64,000 nt of DNA from Armatimonadota bacterium (GTDB lineage Bacteria > Armatimonadota > UBA10988): positions 1 through 64,000 of the forward strand of contig JACRKZ010000057.1 in the NCBI GenBank assembly GCA_016235455.1. Reading direction: 5' to 3'. The position numbers were made by a program, and so were the translations under genes. The notes under the pieces were generated by a model, which searched no databases, was not told the origin of the DNA, and was given only the letters and a program-made list of their open reading frames with translations. Below, piece after piece: positions 9,322 to 16,815 of this stretch; the stretch's first letter is position 1; each line of letters opens with the position of its first letter.

Positions 9322-9361
9322 CGCAAGGCCCCCGGTGACCTCGGTCACCGGGGGCCTTGCG
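9322..9361. terminator. Long perfect hairpin between convergent cytochrome gene and glnA (bidirectional terminator-like)
   Basis: CGCAAGGCCCCCGGTGACC-TC-GGTCACCGGGGGCCTTGCG, 19-bp inverted repeat. Confidence 0.75.
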
Positions 9362-9379
9362 ACAGCTTGGCAGACGAGA

Positions 9380-10822
9380 TCAGATGTCGAAGTAGAGGTG
9401 GAACTCCGCCGGATGCGGGCGGTTGTTGACCTCATAGAACTCGCTGGTCAGCTTGAAGTCGATGTACGACTCGATCAGGTCCTTGGTGAACACGCCGCCC
9501 TCGAGCAACCAATCGTGGCTGTTGGCCAGATTCTCGAGCACGCGGTCGAACGCCGTCGGCAGGGTCGGAACGTTCTTGCGCTCCGCGGCCGGCAGGTCGT
9601 AGATGTTCTTGTCCAGCGGCTGGCCCGGGTCGATCTGGTTCTTGATACCGTCGAGACCGGCCATGAGCTGCGCCGCGAAGGCGAAGTACGGGTTGCACAT
9701 CGGGTCCGGGGTGCGGAACTCGATGCGCTTGGCCGAGGCGCTGGTCGGGTTGTACATCGGGATGCGCACGGCGGCCGAGCGGTTGCGCTGGCTGTAGGCC
9801 AGCATGATCGGGGCTTCGAAGCCCGGGATCAGGCGCTTGTAGCTGTTGGTGGTCGCGTTGGTGAGCGCCAACAGGGCCGGGGCGTGCTTGAGGATACCGC
9901 CGATGTAGTACAGCGCGGTCTGCGACAGGCCGGCGTAGGAGCCGTCAGCGTCGAAGAAGACGTTCTTGCCGTCTTTCCACAGCGACTGGTGGCAGTGCAT
10001 GCCGGTGCCGTTGTCACCGAACAGCGGCTTGGCCATGAACGTGGCGCACAGGCCGAATTCGCGGGCCGTGTTCTTGACCACGTACTTGTACTTGAGCAGG
10101 TCGTCGGCGACTTTGGTCAGCGTGTTGAAGCGCATGCCAATCTCGCCCTGGCCGGCCGACGCCACTTCGTGGTGGTGCAGCTCGATGTCGACGCCCATTT
10201 CCATGAGCGTGCTGGCCATCTGCGAGCGGCAATCCTGGAGCTGGTCGGTCGGCGGAACCGGGAAGTAGCCGCCCTTGGTCTTGACCTTGTAGCCGTAGCT
10301 CAGCTCGCCCGTGCCCGGCACTTCCTGGTCGCCCGAGCTCCACGGCGCTTCGCGCGAGATGATCTCGTAGCCCGTGTGCCAGGGATTGATGCTGTAGCGC
10401 ACGCTGTCGAACAGGAAGAACTCGGCCTCGGGCCCGAAGTACGCCGTGTCGGCGATGCCCGTGCTCTTGAGGTAGGCTTCGGCCTTCTGGGCGACATAGC
10501 GCGGGTCGCGCGAGTACTTCTCGCGGGTGATCGGGTCTTCGACGTTGGCGTAGATGACCAGCGTCTTGCGCTCGAAGTACGGATCGATGAACGCGGACGT
10601 GGGGTCCGGGATCAGGATCATATCGCTTTCGTCGATCTCCTGGAACCCGCGGATCGACGAACCATCGAAGCCATGGCCGTCGGTGAACGTGTGCTCACCG
10701 AAATGGTGCACTGGCACCGACACATGCTGCTGCACACCCGGCACATCGATGAACCGGATGTCAACGTACTCGACGCCCTCTTCTTTGATCAGGCTCAGGA
10801 CGTCCTGGACCGTTTCCGCCAT
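9380..10822 (-). CDS. glnA: Glutamine synthetase type I (GSI-beta, adenylylation Tyr present)
   Basis: FDGSSIRGF..IDESDM, GPEAEFF, HHHEVA..GQ.EI, KPLFGDNGTGMHCHQS, NSYKRL.PGFEAP, NRSAAVRIP, DKNIYDL; RBS GGGAG before ATG 10822. Confidence 0.97.
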   Translation of the reverse strand: MAETVQDVLSLIKEEGVEYVDIRFIDVPGVQQHVSVPVHHFGEHTFTDGHGFDGSSIRGFQEIDESDMILIPDPTSAFIDPYFERKTLVIYANVEDPITREKYSRDPRYVAQKAEAYLKSTGIADTAYFGPEAEFFLFDSVRYSINPWHTGYEIISREAPWSSGDQEVPGTGELSYGYKVKTKGGYFPVPPTDQLQDCRSQMASTLMEMGVDIELHHHEVASAGQGEIGMRFNTLTKVADDLLKYKYVVKNTAREFGLCATFMAKPLFGDNGTGMHCHQSLWKDGKNVFFDADGSYAGLSQTALYYIGGILKHAPALLALTNATTNSYKRLIPGFEAPIMLAYSQRNRSAAVRIPMYNPTSASAKRIEFRTPDPMCNPYFAFAAQLMAGLDGIKNQIDPGQPLDKNIYDLPAAERKNVPTLPTAFDRVLENLANSHDWLLEGGVFTKDLIESYIDFKLTSEFYEVNNRPHPAEFHLYFDI

Positions 10823-10875
10823 TGTCTTGCTCCCTAGATTCATGCCGCCGGCCAATCCGGCTCGTTCTCGGTCAG

Positions 10876-11832
10876 CTACGGCCCGGGACGGCGGGCCGTC
10901 AAGGTTACCACAACGGCAACCTCTCTCGGCTGGGCGCTGATGCCAGCCGGTAGGGCCAGGGCAACACGCCGCTCGCTCGATTGTTTCCAGCCGGTCACGT
11001 CCACCGGCTCGGTCTCAATTCGCTCCGCTAGTGTGGCCAATGCCGGTCGTGGTCCACTCAGGACCACCATGGCCGGCTCCGCGCGACTCTCGGTCACTTC
11101 ATAGCCCGCGGCCGGCTGGCCCGACACCCGCGGCGCCACTGTGAAGGCCTGCGCGCCACGCAGCGCCACCACCTTGACCGTGTAGCTCACCGTCAGCGGC
11201 TTGCACTCGACGCCGGTGACCCGCTGGCCCACGGCGTCCACCGGGATCAGCCGGGCCTCGCCGGTGACCGTGTCCTTGGCGCCACCCACATCCACCGCGG
11301 CCGTCAGGTGGGCCACTCGGTTGACCGAGCGGCGCGGCCCGCTCACCTCCGCCGTGGCAGCATCCAAGTGCGGCGCCTCGGCCGCGTAGCCGCGAGCCGG
11401 CTGACTGCTGCCCAGATCGGCCTGGATGTTCTTGGCTTGCCGCTCGGCGGCGTCCACCTCCACCAGTTGCTCGGGCGGCTGCACGTCCACCTGCTCCACG
11501 CCCGGCGGCAGCTTCACCACGTTGACTTTGATCCACTTCCAGGTCGGCTGCGCCAGGCCGGTCAGGTCCAGCACCGGCTGCACCTGGTGCTCCTGGCTGA
11601 GCCGGTCCAGCAAGCGCCGTGGTCCGCGCAGCACCACCGTGGCCGGCGCCGGTCTCGTGACCAGCACGAGACCATCATGGAGATTGCGGGCCTCAACCGT
11701 CATGGACGGATACCATCGCTTCTCCATGGGGTTGGCCACGTTGGACCGCCAGGCACACAGCACCAGGGCGATGACCAGACTGGCCAACTTGAGGTCGAGC
11801 TCGTGGCGCAGCCACGTCCACAGGGCTCTCAT
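10876..11832 (-). CDS. cdaR: CdaR/YbbR-like regulator of diadenylate cyclase
   Basis: N-terminal KLASLVIALVL TM anchor and three YbbR-like repeats (V.LRGPR, VSGPR, VLSGPR); overlaps the cdaA stop. Confidence 0.8.
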   Translation of the reverse strand: MRALWTWLRHELDLKLASLVIALVLCAWRSNVANPMEKRWYPSMTVEARNLHDGLVLVTRPAPATVVLRGPRRLLDRLSQEHQVQPVLDLTGLAQPTWKWIKVNVVKLPPGVEQVDVQPPEQLVEVDAAERQAKNIQADLGSSQPARGYAAEAPHLDAATAEVSGPRRSVNRVAHLTAAVDVGGAKDTVTGEARLIPVDAVGQRVTGVECKPLTVSYTVKVVALRGAQAFTVAPRVSGQPAAGYEVTESRAEPAMVVLSGPRPALATLAERIETEPVDVTGWKQSSERRVALALPAGISAQPREVAVVVTLTARRPGP

Positions 11833-12686
11833 GACGGCACCTCGGACCCGCCCGGCGAACTGGCCAGGAGGCCGCTGCCCGCCGGCTGCAGGAGCTCCAG
11901 CAAGCGCGCCCGCAGCGGCTCGCCGCTCAACTCGCGCTGCAACTCGCCGCCCACGGCCAGGGACACGACGCCCGTCTCCTCGCTGACCACCAGCACCACC
12001 GCGTCGCAGCGCTCCGAGAGCCCCAGCGCCGCACGGTGCCGCGTGCCCAGCCCGCGGCTCAGGTCGCGCCGTTCGGACAGCGGCAGCAGGCAGGTGGCCG
12101 CCACCACGCGCTCGTCGACAATGACCGCCGCGCCGTCGTGCAACGGTGTGCTGGGGAAGAACAACGTGGCCAACAACTCGGTCGAGATCTCCGCGTCGAG
12201 CAGCTTGCCCGTCTCGATGACCTCGCCCAGCGTGTCACGCCGCTGAATGACGAACAACGCGCCGATCCGGCGGCGCGCCAGCCCGTCCGCGGCCTCCACG
12301 AGTTCGTTGACGACGTGCACCACGGCCGACCGCAGCGTGCGCGACGAACTGCCAAACAGCGTCCATTGTCCGATCTTGTGCAGCGACTGCCGAATCTCGG
12401 GCTGGAACACCACCACCAACGCCACCGAGCCCATCGGGGCCAGTTCGGTCAGCAGCCAGTTGAAGGTGTCGAGCTTGATCAGCCCCCGGTCCGGGCGGGT
12501 CACCAGCCAGGCCAGCGCCAGGGCCATCAGGCCCAGCCCCAACCCTCGCCAGCGCCGAGTGCCCGATCCGCGCAGCAGCGACAGCGCCGCATACACCAGA
12601 AACCACACCAGCAAGATGTCAAGGATGCCTTCGGGGGTCCGTGCCGTGTCGAGCGCCCGGGCAATCACTGTCCAGGTTTCGCTCAT
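11829..12686 (-). CDS. cdaA: Membrane diadenylate cyclase CdaA
   Basis: Three TM segments, VVFQPEIR, IGAL, TPLHDGA, GTRHRAALGLSE, VSEETG. Confidence 0.95.
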   Translation of the reverse strand: MSETWTVIARALDTARTPEGILDILLVWFLVYAALSLLRGSGTRRWRGLGLGLMALALAWLVTRPDRGLIKLDTFNWLLTELAPMGSVALVVVFQPEIRQSLHKIGQWTLFGSSSRTLRSAVVHVVNELVEAADGLARRRIGALFVIQRRDTLGEVIETGKLLDAEISTELLATLFFPSTPLHDGAAVIVDERVVAATCLLPLSERRDLSRGLGTRHRAALGLSERCDAVVLVVSEETGVVSLAVGGELQRELSGEPLRARLLELLQPAGSGLLASSPGGSEVPS

Positions 12687-12745
12687 CGGGTCTTCCTCAC
12701 CACGCCAGGCTGCGCCTGCGATGGTTCCAAGGGCCCCACGGCGGC

Positions 12746-12774
12746 GTTATAGCACCCGCCTACCAAGGGGTCAA
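12746..12774 (-). promoter_or_regulatory. Sigma-70-type promoter for cdaA-cdaR(-glnA)
   Basis: Minus strand TTGACC-N17-TATAAC with extended -10 TG. Confidence 0.7.
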
Positions 12775-13073
12775 TTGGTTACCATGAGCTTTTGCGCGTC
12801 TGAAACATCCAGGAAATCAAACTGCTGGATGGTCCGTCCAAGCCCTCGACCAGGGGCTACGCCGGTTGCGTCCCTTAGTATAACAAAGGGCAGGCCGCGC
12901 GGGCACGCGCGTGGCCGTGCCGTTGTTATGGGATGGGCGTAAGGGAACGGCAACACGTTCGGGGGGTTCGTTCCCGAGCGTCGTGGGGTATAGTGGTACC
13001 GTGTCGGTCGAATCACCCAGGCGGGCTATCGACAGACTGCCGCTCTGCTTTAGAGCGAATTTGGACGTATTTG

Positions 13074-13089
13074 TGGCACGGGATTTGCA
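13074..13089 (+). promoter_or_regulatory. Sigma-54 (-24/-12) promoter
   Basis: TGGCACG-GGAT-TTGCA matches the consensus TGGCACG-N4-TTGCW with exact GG-N10-GC spacing, about 57 nt before ATG 13146. Confidence 0.75.
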
Positions 13090-13145
13090 CCGCGGTATTG
13101 CTGGGCGTCGACTCCTAGGGGAGCGGCCCCGGTGAGAAGGCGGGC

Positions 13146-13811
13146 ATGGTGACGATGGCGAGTATCAAACTGCTGGTTCTGGGGCTGCTGCCGGCGCTCA
13201 TGCTGACCGTATGGGAAGCATCGCGCCGTGGCCGCAGTCGCCGCGCTGGCAGCGTCATGGCGCCGTGTGCCGAGGGATTCCGCTGGGCGCTGTATGCCGC
13301 CGCCGTCTATGAGTTGTGCTACGCCGGTCTGGCGCTGGCCTGGCTGGATGGCGTGGCGGCTGGGCGCGGCGGATCCACCGCGCTGATCGCCGTGGTCATG
13401 TCCACCGCGCTGGCCACGCTGCTGCTGCTGTGGCACTTCGGCGAACGCTATGCACCGGTCATTCCGCGCCTGAGCGACTGGCGCGAGGCCTGCTACGTGA
13501 CGCGCATCGCGCTGACGCGCCGACTCCGCGCTCTGCGCTATGCGGCCCACTGCGGCCAGGCCGGCCACGGCGACGCCATCGCCGAGATCGGCGCGCTGCT
13601 GGCGGCCGCCAACACCCAGATGCACCTGCTGCAGCAGGCACTCAGCACCCAGGCCTTCGTCCGCCGCGTGCGCAGTGAGCCCGCTGCCAAAGCGCAGTTG
13701 GTGCACATCACCGCGGCGCAGCGCCAGCTGCTCACGGGCGCCCACGCCGTGCTGGCCGCCACCGCCGCTCATGCGGTCGTGGTGGGTGAGCCGGTGGTGG
13801 TCGTCGCCTGA
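13146..13811 (+). CDS. Hypothetical membrane protein (about 3 TM segments plus helical C-terminal part)
   Basis: Hydrophobic segments KLLVLGLLPALML, ALYAAAVYELCYAGLALAW, ALIAVVMSTALATLLLLW; lies downstream of the sigma-54 motif. Confidence 0.6.
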   Translation: MVTMASIKLLVLGLLPALMLTVWEASRRGRSRRAGSVMAPCAEGFRWALYAAAVYELCYAGLALAWLDGVAAGRGGSTALIAVVMSTALATLLLLWHFGERYAPVIPRLSDWREACYVTRIALTRRLRALRYAAHCGQAGHGDAIAEIGALLAAANTQMHLLQQALSTQAFVRRVRSEPAAKAQLVHITAAQRQLLTGAHAVLAATAAHAVVVGEPVVVVA

Positions 13812-13816
13812 GTCGC

Positions 13817-14404
13817 GTGGCCACACCCGCTCCGCCCGCCGACAAAGCGGCACTTCGCCGACTCTTTCTGTCGCTTCGCGACTCACTCACCGCCGACACG
13901 CGCCTAGCGGCTTCGCGCGCCATTGCGGCGCGATTGGCCGAGCGATTACCGGTCGCGGACTCGGGCGCCTGCCTGGTCTATCTGCCCATGCGTGGCGAGG
14001 TCGACCTGCGTGACTGGGTTTCCAGCGCGTTAGCCGCCGCCTGGAATCTGGCGCTGCCGCGCGCCGACTGGCGGACACGCGAACTGGTGCCGGCGCGGCT
14101 GCGGGCGCTGGACGAGGTGATCGCTGGGCGACACGGCGTACCCGATGTGCTCGACGACCGGTTCGAGCCGGTGTCGCTTGATCAGGTGAGCGTAGTGCTG
14201 GTGCCCGGCGTGGCCTTCGATCGCCGCGGCTATCGGCTGGGCTACGGCGGCGGCTTCTACGATCGGCTGCTGCCCAGGCTACGGCCCGATTGTCTGACCG
14301 TGGGCATCGCCTTCGACCAGCAGGTGGTTGACGCCCTGCCCGCTGAACCGCACGATCAGCGTGTAGGCGCGCTGCTCACCGAGCGTGGCTGGCAGGAGAT
14401 GTGA
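13817..14404 (+). CDS. 5-formyltetrahydrofolate cyclo-ligase
   Basis: DKAALRR, YLPMRGEVD, LVPGVAFD.RGYRLGYGGGFYDR, LP.EPHD. Confidence 0.93.
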   Translation: MATPAPPADKAALRRLFLSLRDSLTADTRLAASRAIAARLAERLPVADSGACLVYLPMRGEVDLRDWVSSALAAAWNLALPRADWRTRELVPARLRALDEVIAGRHGVPDVLDDRFEPVSLDQVSVVLVPGVAFDRRGYRLGYGGGFYDRLLPRLRPDCLTVGIAFDQQVVDALPAEPHDQRVGALLTERGWQEM

Positions 14405-14778
14405 CTGTGGGATTGGGCGATGTGATCACCTTGGCCGCGATGCAGTTCTACGCGCGGCACGGTGCCGACGAGGGTGAGCGCCAACTGGGTCAACGCTTCG
14501 AGGTCGACCTGGAGCTGTACGCCGACCTGGCCACGGCGGGCGCCAGCGACGATCTGGCCGACGCCATCGACTACCGCGCCGTGTATGAGCGCATCGCGGC
14601 GCGGTTCGCCCAGCCCTGCCAGTTGCTGGAGGCGGTGGCTGAGCGCATCGCCTCCGAAGTGCTCGGCAACTTCGCGGTGCGCGCGGTGGTGGTGCGTGTC
14701 CGCAAGCCGTCGGTGCCCATCGGCGGCGTGCTGGCCTATGCGCAGGTGCAGATCCGGCGCGAGGCCGCGCCGGGCTAG
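14401..14778 (+). CDS. folB: Dihydroneopterin aldolase
   Basis: FYARHG...ERQLGQRFEVD, SDDLADAIDY, LLEAVAERIA, VRKP; GTGA overlap. Confidence 0.93.
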   Translation: MTVGLGDVITLAAMQFYARHGADEGERQLGQRFEVDLELYADLATAGASDDLADAIDYRAVYERIAARFAQPCQLLEAVAERIASEVLGNFAVRAVVVRVRKPSVPIGGVLAYAQVQIRREAAPG

Positions 14779-15548
14779 GCCCAGCGCGGGACCAGACGCA
14801 CCGTCCGCAGGTAGGCCACGGAGTCCGACACGCGTTGGGCCTTCTGTGCCGCGCTGAGTTGCTCGCCGGCCACGCCTTCCAACTCCATGGTGTACGGGCC
14901 GCGGAAGTCGCGCTCGCCCAGCCGCTCGAACAGCGCCGGGAAGTTCACGACGCCTTGCCCCAGCGTGGGGAAGTTGTGTTCCTGGAACCCGCCCATGGTG
15001 TCCTTGAGGTGCACCGACACCACCCAGGGCAAGGCGCGGGCCAACTCCGACACGGCGTCGGTGTCGTGGTTATAGTAGGAGATGTTGGCGGTGTCGAAGT
15101 TGACGCCGACGGCCGGATGGTCGATGGCGGTCATGGTCTGCGCCATCTGCGTGCCGTTGGCGCACAGGTCGGGATGTGTTTCCATGGCCACGCGCACGCC
15201 GCCCGCGGCGGCCACGTCGCCCACGGCGCGCAAGCGCTCGTAGACCGTCGCCAGCGGAGTGTCGCCTGCTTGCACGCTGACGAAGATGATGCCAGCGCCC
15301 AGCGCCACGGCGCCTTGGACGGCCGACCGGAAGCGTTCCGCGACGTCGGGCTGGGCCACCGGGCAGTCGGCCATGACGGTGGCCGCGCGCAGACCGAACC
15401 GCGCCAGCCGCTCGCGCATGGCGGCCTGCTCGGCAGGCGCGGGCAGTCCGATCTCAACGAGCCGGATGCCCAGGGCTGAGAGATGGGAGAGCACGGTCTC
15501 GCTCGCGGAGCCGTAACTGTAAAGATTGCATGAGAGTTGATTGTCCAT
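14775..15548 (-). CDS. Sugar phosphate isomerase/epimerase (xylose-isomerase-like TIM barrel)
   Basis: VAMETH, VNFDTAN, SVHLKD, LGQGVVNF, YTMELE metal-binding motifs. Confidence 0.85.
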   Translation of the reverse strand: MDNQLSCNLYSYGSASETVLSHLSALGIRLVEIGLPAPAEQAAMRERLARFGLRAATVMADCPVAQPDVAERFRSAVQGAVALGAGIIFVSVQAGDTPLATVYERLRAVGDVAAAGGVRVAMETHPDLCANGTQMAQTMTAIDHPAVGVNFDTANISYYNHDTDAVSELARALPWVVSVHLKDTMGGFQEHNFPTLGQGVVNFPALFERLGERDFRGPYTMELEGVAGEQLSAAQKAQRVSDSVAYLRTVRLVPRWA

Positions 15549-15639
15549 TGTGAACGTCGCCTGAACCCCATTAGGCTAACTAGTGGGCTCGGTCGGCGTC
15601 AAGGTGTGTAGACTGCTCGGGCGTGCGGGAGGCATGGCG

Positions 15640-16809
15640 ATGCTGACGACATGGACCGGCGAAACCGAGTTCGCCAGTGCGGAGCGGAGCGATGCCGCCG
15701 CGCTGGCCGCGCAGCGCGCGGTACTGGCGGCAACGCCGCTGTTCGGGCCGCTGCTGGAGGCCATTCCCGGCATGGCCTTCGTGCTCAACCGCCACCGACA
15801 GATTGTCGGCGCCAACCACCGCGCGCTGGTCTCGCTGGGCCTGGAAGCGGTCGATCCCATCGTCGGCCAGCGGCCCGGTGAGCTGTTTGGGTGTGTGGTA
15901 GCCGAGGGCGCGCCCAGCGGCTGCGGCACAGCGCGCGAATGTGCCTTCTGTGGCGCCGCGCAGGCCATCCTGGAGAGCCTGGAGACCCAGGCCCCGGCCC
16001 AGCGCGAGTGCCGGCTGCGCACGAGCGGCGACCTGGGCGGCGGGGCTTTCGAACTCGACGTGCAGTCCTCGTTTGTGGCCACGCACGGCTCACAGTTCCT
16101 GGTTGTCGGTCTGCGCGACCTGAGCGACGAGAAGCGCCGGCGCCTGCTAGAGCGCACCTTCTTCCATGACGTGCTCAACACCGCGGGTGGGGTGCTCGGC
16201 GTGTCGGAGATCCTCAGTGAGATCGAGGGTCCGCCCGAGGAGGACGAACTGAAGAGCGACCTAACGCAGTTGGCCGACCAGTTGGTCGAGGAGATCATCG
16301 GCCAGCGGCAACTGCTGGCGGCCGAGGCTGGCGAACTCAGCGTCAGCGTCAGCGAGACCGACCTGACTACGCTGCTGCATCAGGCCGAGTCGGCCTGTCG
16401 TCGGCACGACGTGGCTCAGGGCCGCGACCTGCACGTCGTGGAGCCCGAGCCCGTCTCCGTGGCCACCGACCCCGCACTGCTGCGGCGGGTGTTGGTCAAC
16501 CTGGTCAAGAATGCCTTGGAGGCCACACCCGTGGGCGGCCGCGTGACTCTCGGCGCGGGCATCGCCGCGGGCGATCGGGTGGCATTGTGGGTCAACAACC
16601 CGGGTGTGATGCCGGACGCGGTGCGCGCCCAGCTCTTCCAGCGGTCGTTCAGCACCAAGGGTGGCACGGGCCGTGGCATCGGCACGTTCAGCGTGAAGCT
16701 GTTCTGCGAGCGCTATCTGGGTGGGCGCGTGGCCTTCGAGAGCAACGCTGCGGACGGCACCACGTTCACCGTCACGGTGCCGCGCACCTTGGCCAGAGCC
16801 CCCAAGTGA
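15640..16809 (+). CDS. Cytoplasmic sensor histidine kinase with Cys-rich PAS-like input domain
   Basis: H-box FFHDVLNT, N-box LVNLVKNALEA, F/G boxes FQRSFSTKG..GRGIGT; RBS GGAGG favours ATG 15640. Confidence 0.88.
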   Translation: MLTTWTGETEFASAERSDAAALAAQRAVLAATPLFGPLLEAIPGMAFVLNRHRQIVGANHRALVSLGLEAVDPIVGQRPGELFGCVVAEGAPSGCGTARECAFCGAAQAILESLETQAPAQRECRLRTSGDLGGGAFELDVQSSFVATHGSQFLVVGLRDLSDEKRRRLLERTFFHDVLNTAGGVLGVSEILSEIEGPPEEDELKSDLTQLADQLVEEIIGQRQLLAAEAGELSVSVSETDLTTLLHQAESACRRHDVAQGRDLHVVEPEPVSVATDPALLRRVLVNLVKNALEATPVGGRVTLGAGIAAGDRVALWVNNPGVMPDAVRAQLFQRSFSTKGGTGRGIGTFSVKLFCERYLGGRVAFESNAADGTTFTVTVPRTLARAPK

Positions 16810-16815
16810 ACGTGG

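Noticed and set aside
9335-10837. 500-aa ORF antisense to glnA (and similar long antisense ORFs opposite pgi, GH38, hom, the rSAM/ispH genes and the AKR locus)
   Set aside because: Shadow ORFs expected from strong GC3 bias on the coding strand; no motifs or RBS, and each mirrors a well-supported gene.
10823-10875. Possible sigma-54 promoter directly before glnA (TTGGCCGGCGGCATGAA on the minus strand)
   Set aside because: The -12 GC is absent at the required spacing.
12862-12874. GGGACGCAA on the minus strand resembling a c-di-GMP-I riboswitch core; also checked for a c-di-AMP (ydaO) riboswitch upstream of cdaA
   Set aside because: The flanking GGCAAACC/GAAA-tetraloop elements and ydaO motifs are missing, and the segment lies upstream of the predicted cdaA promoter.
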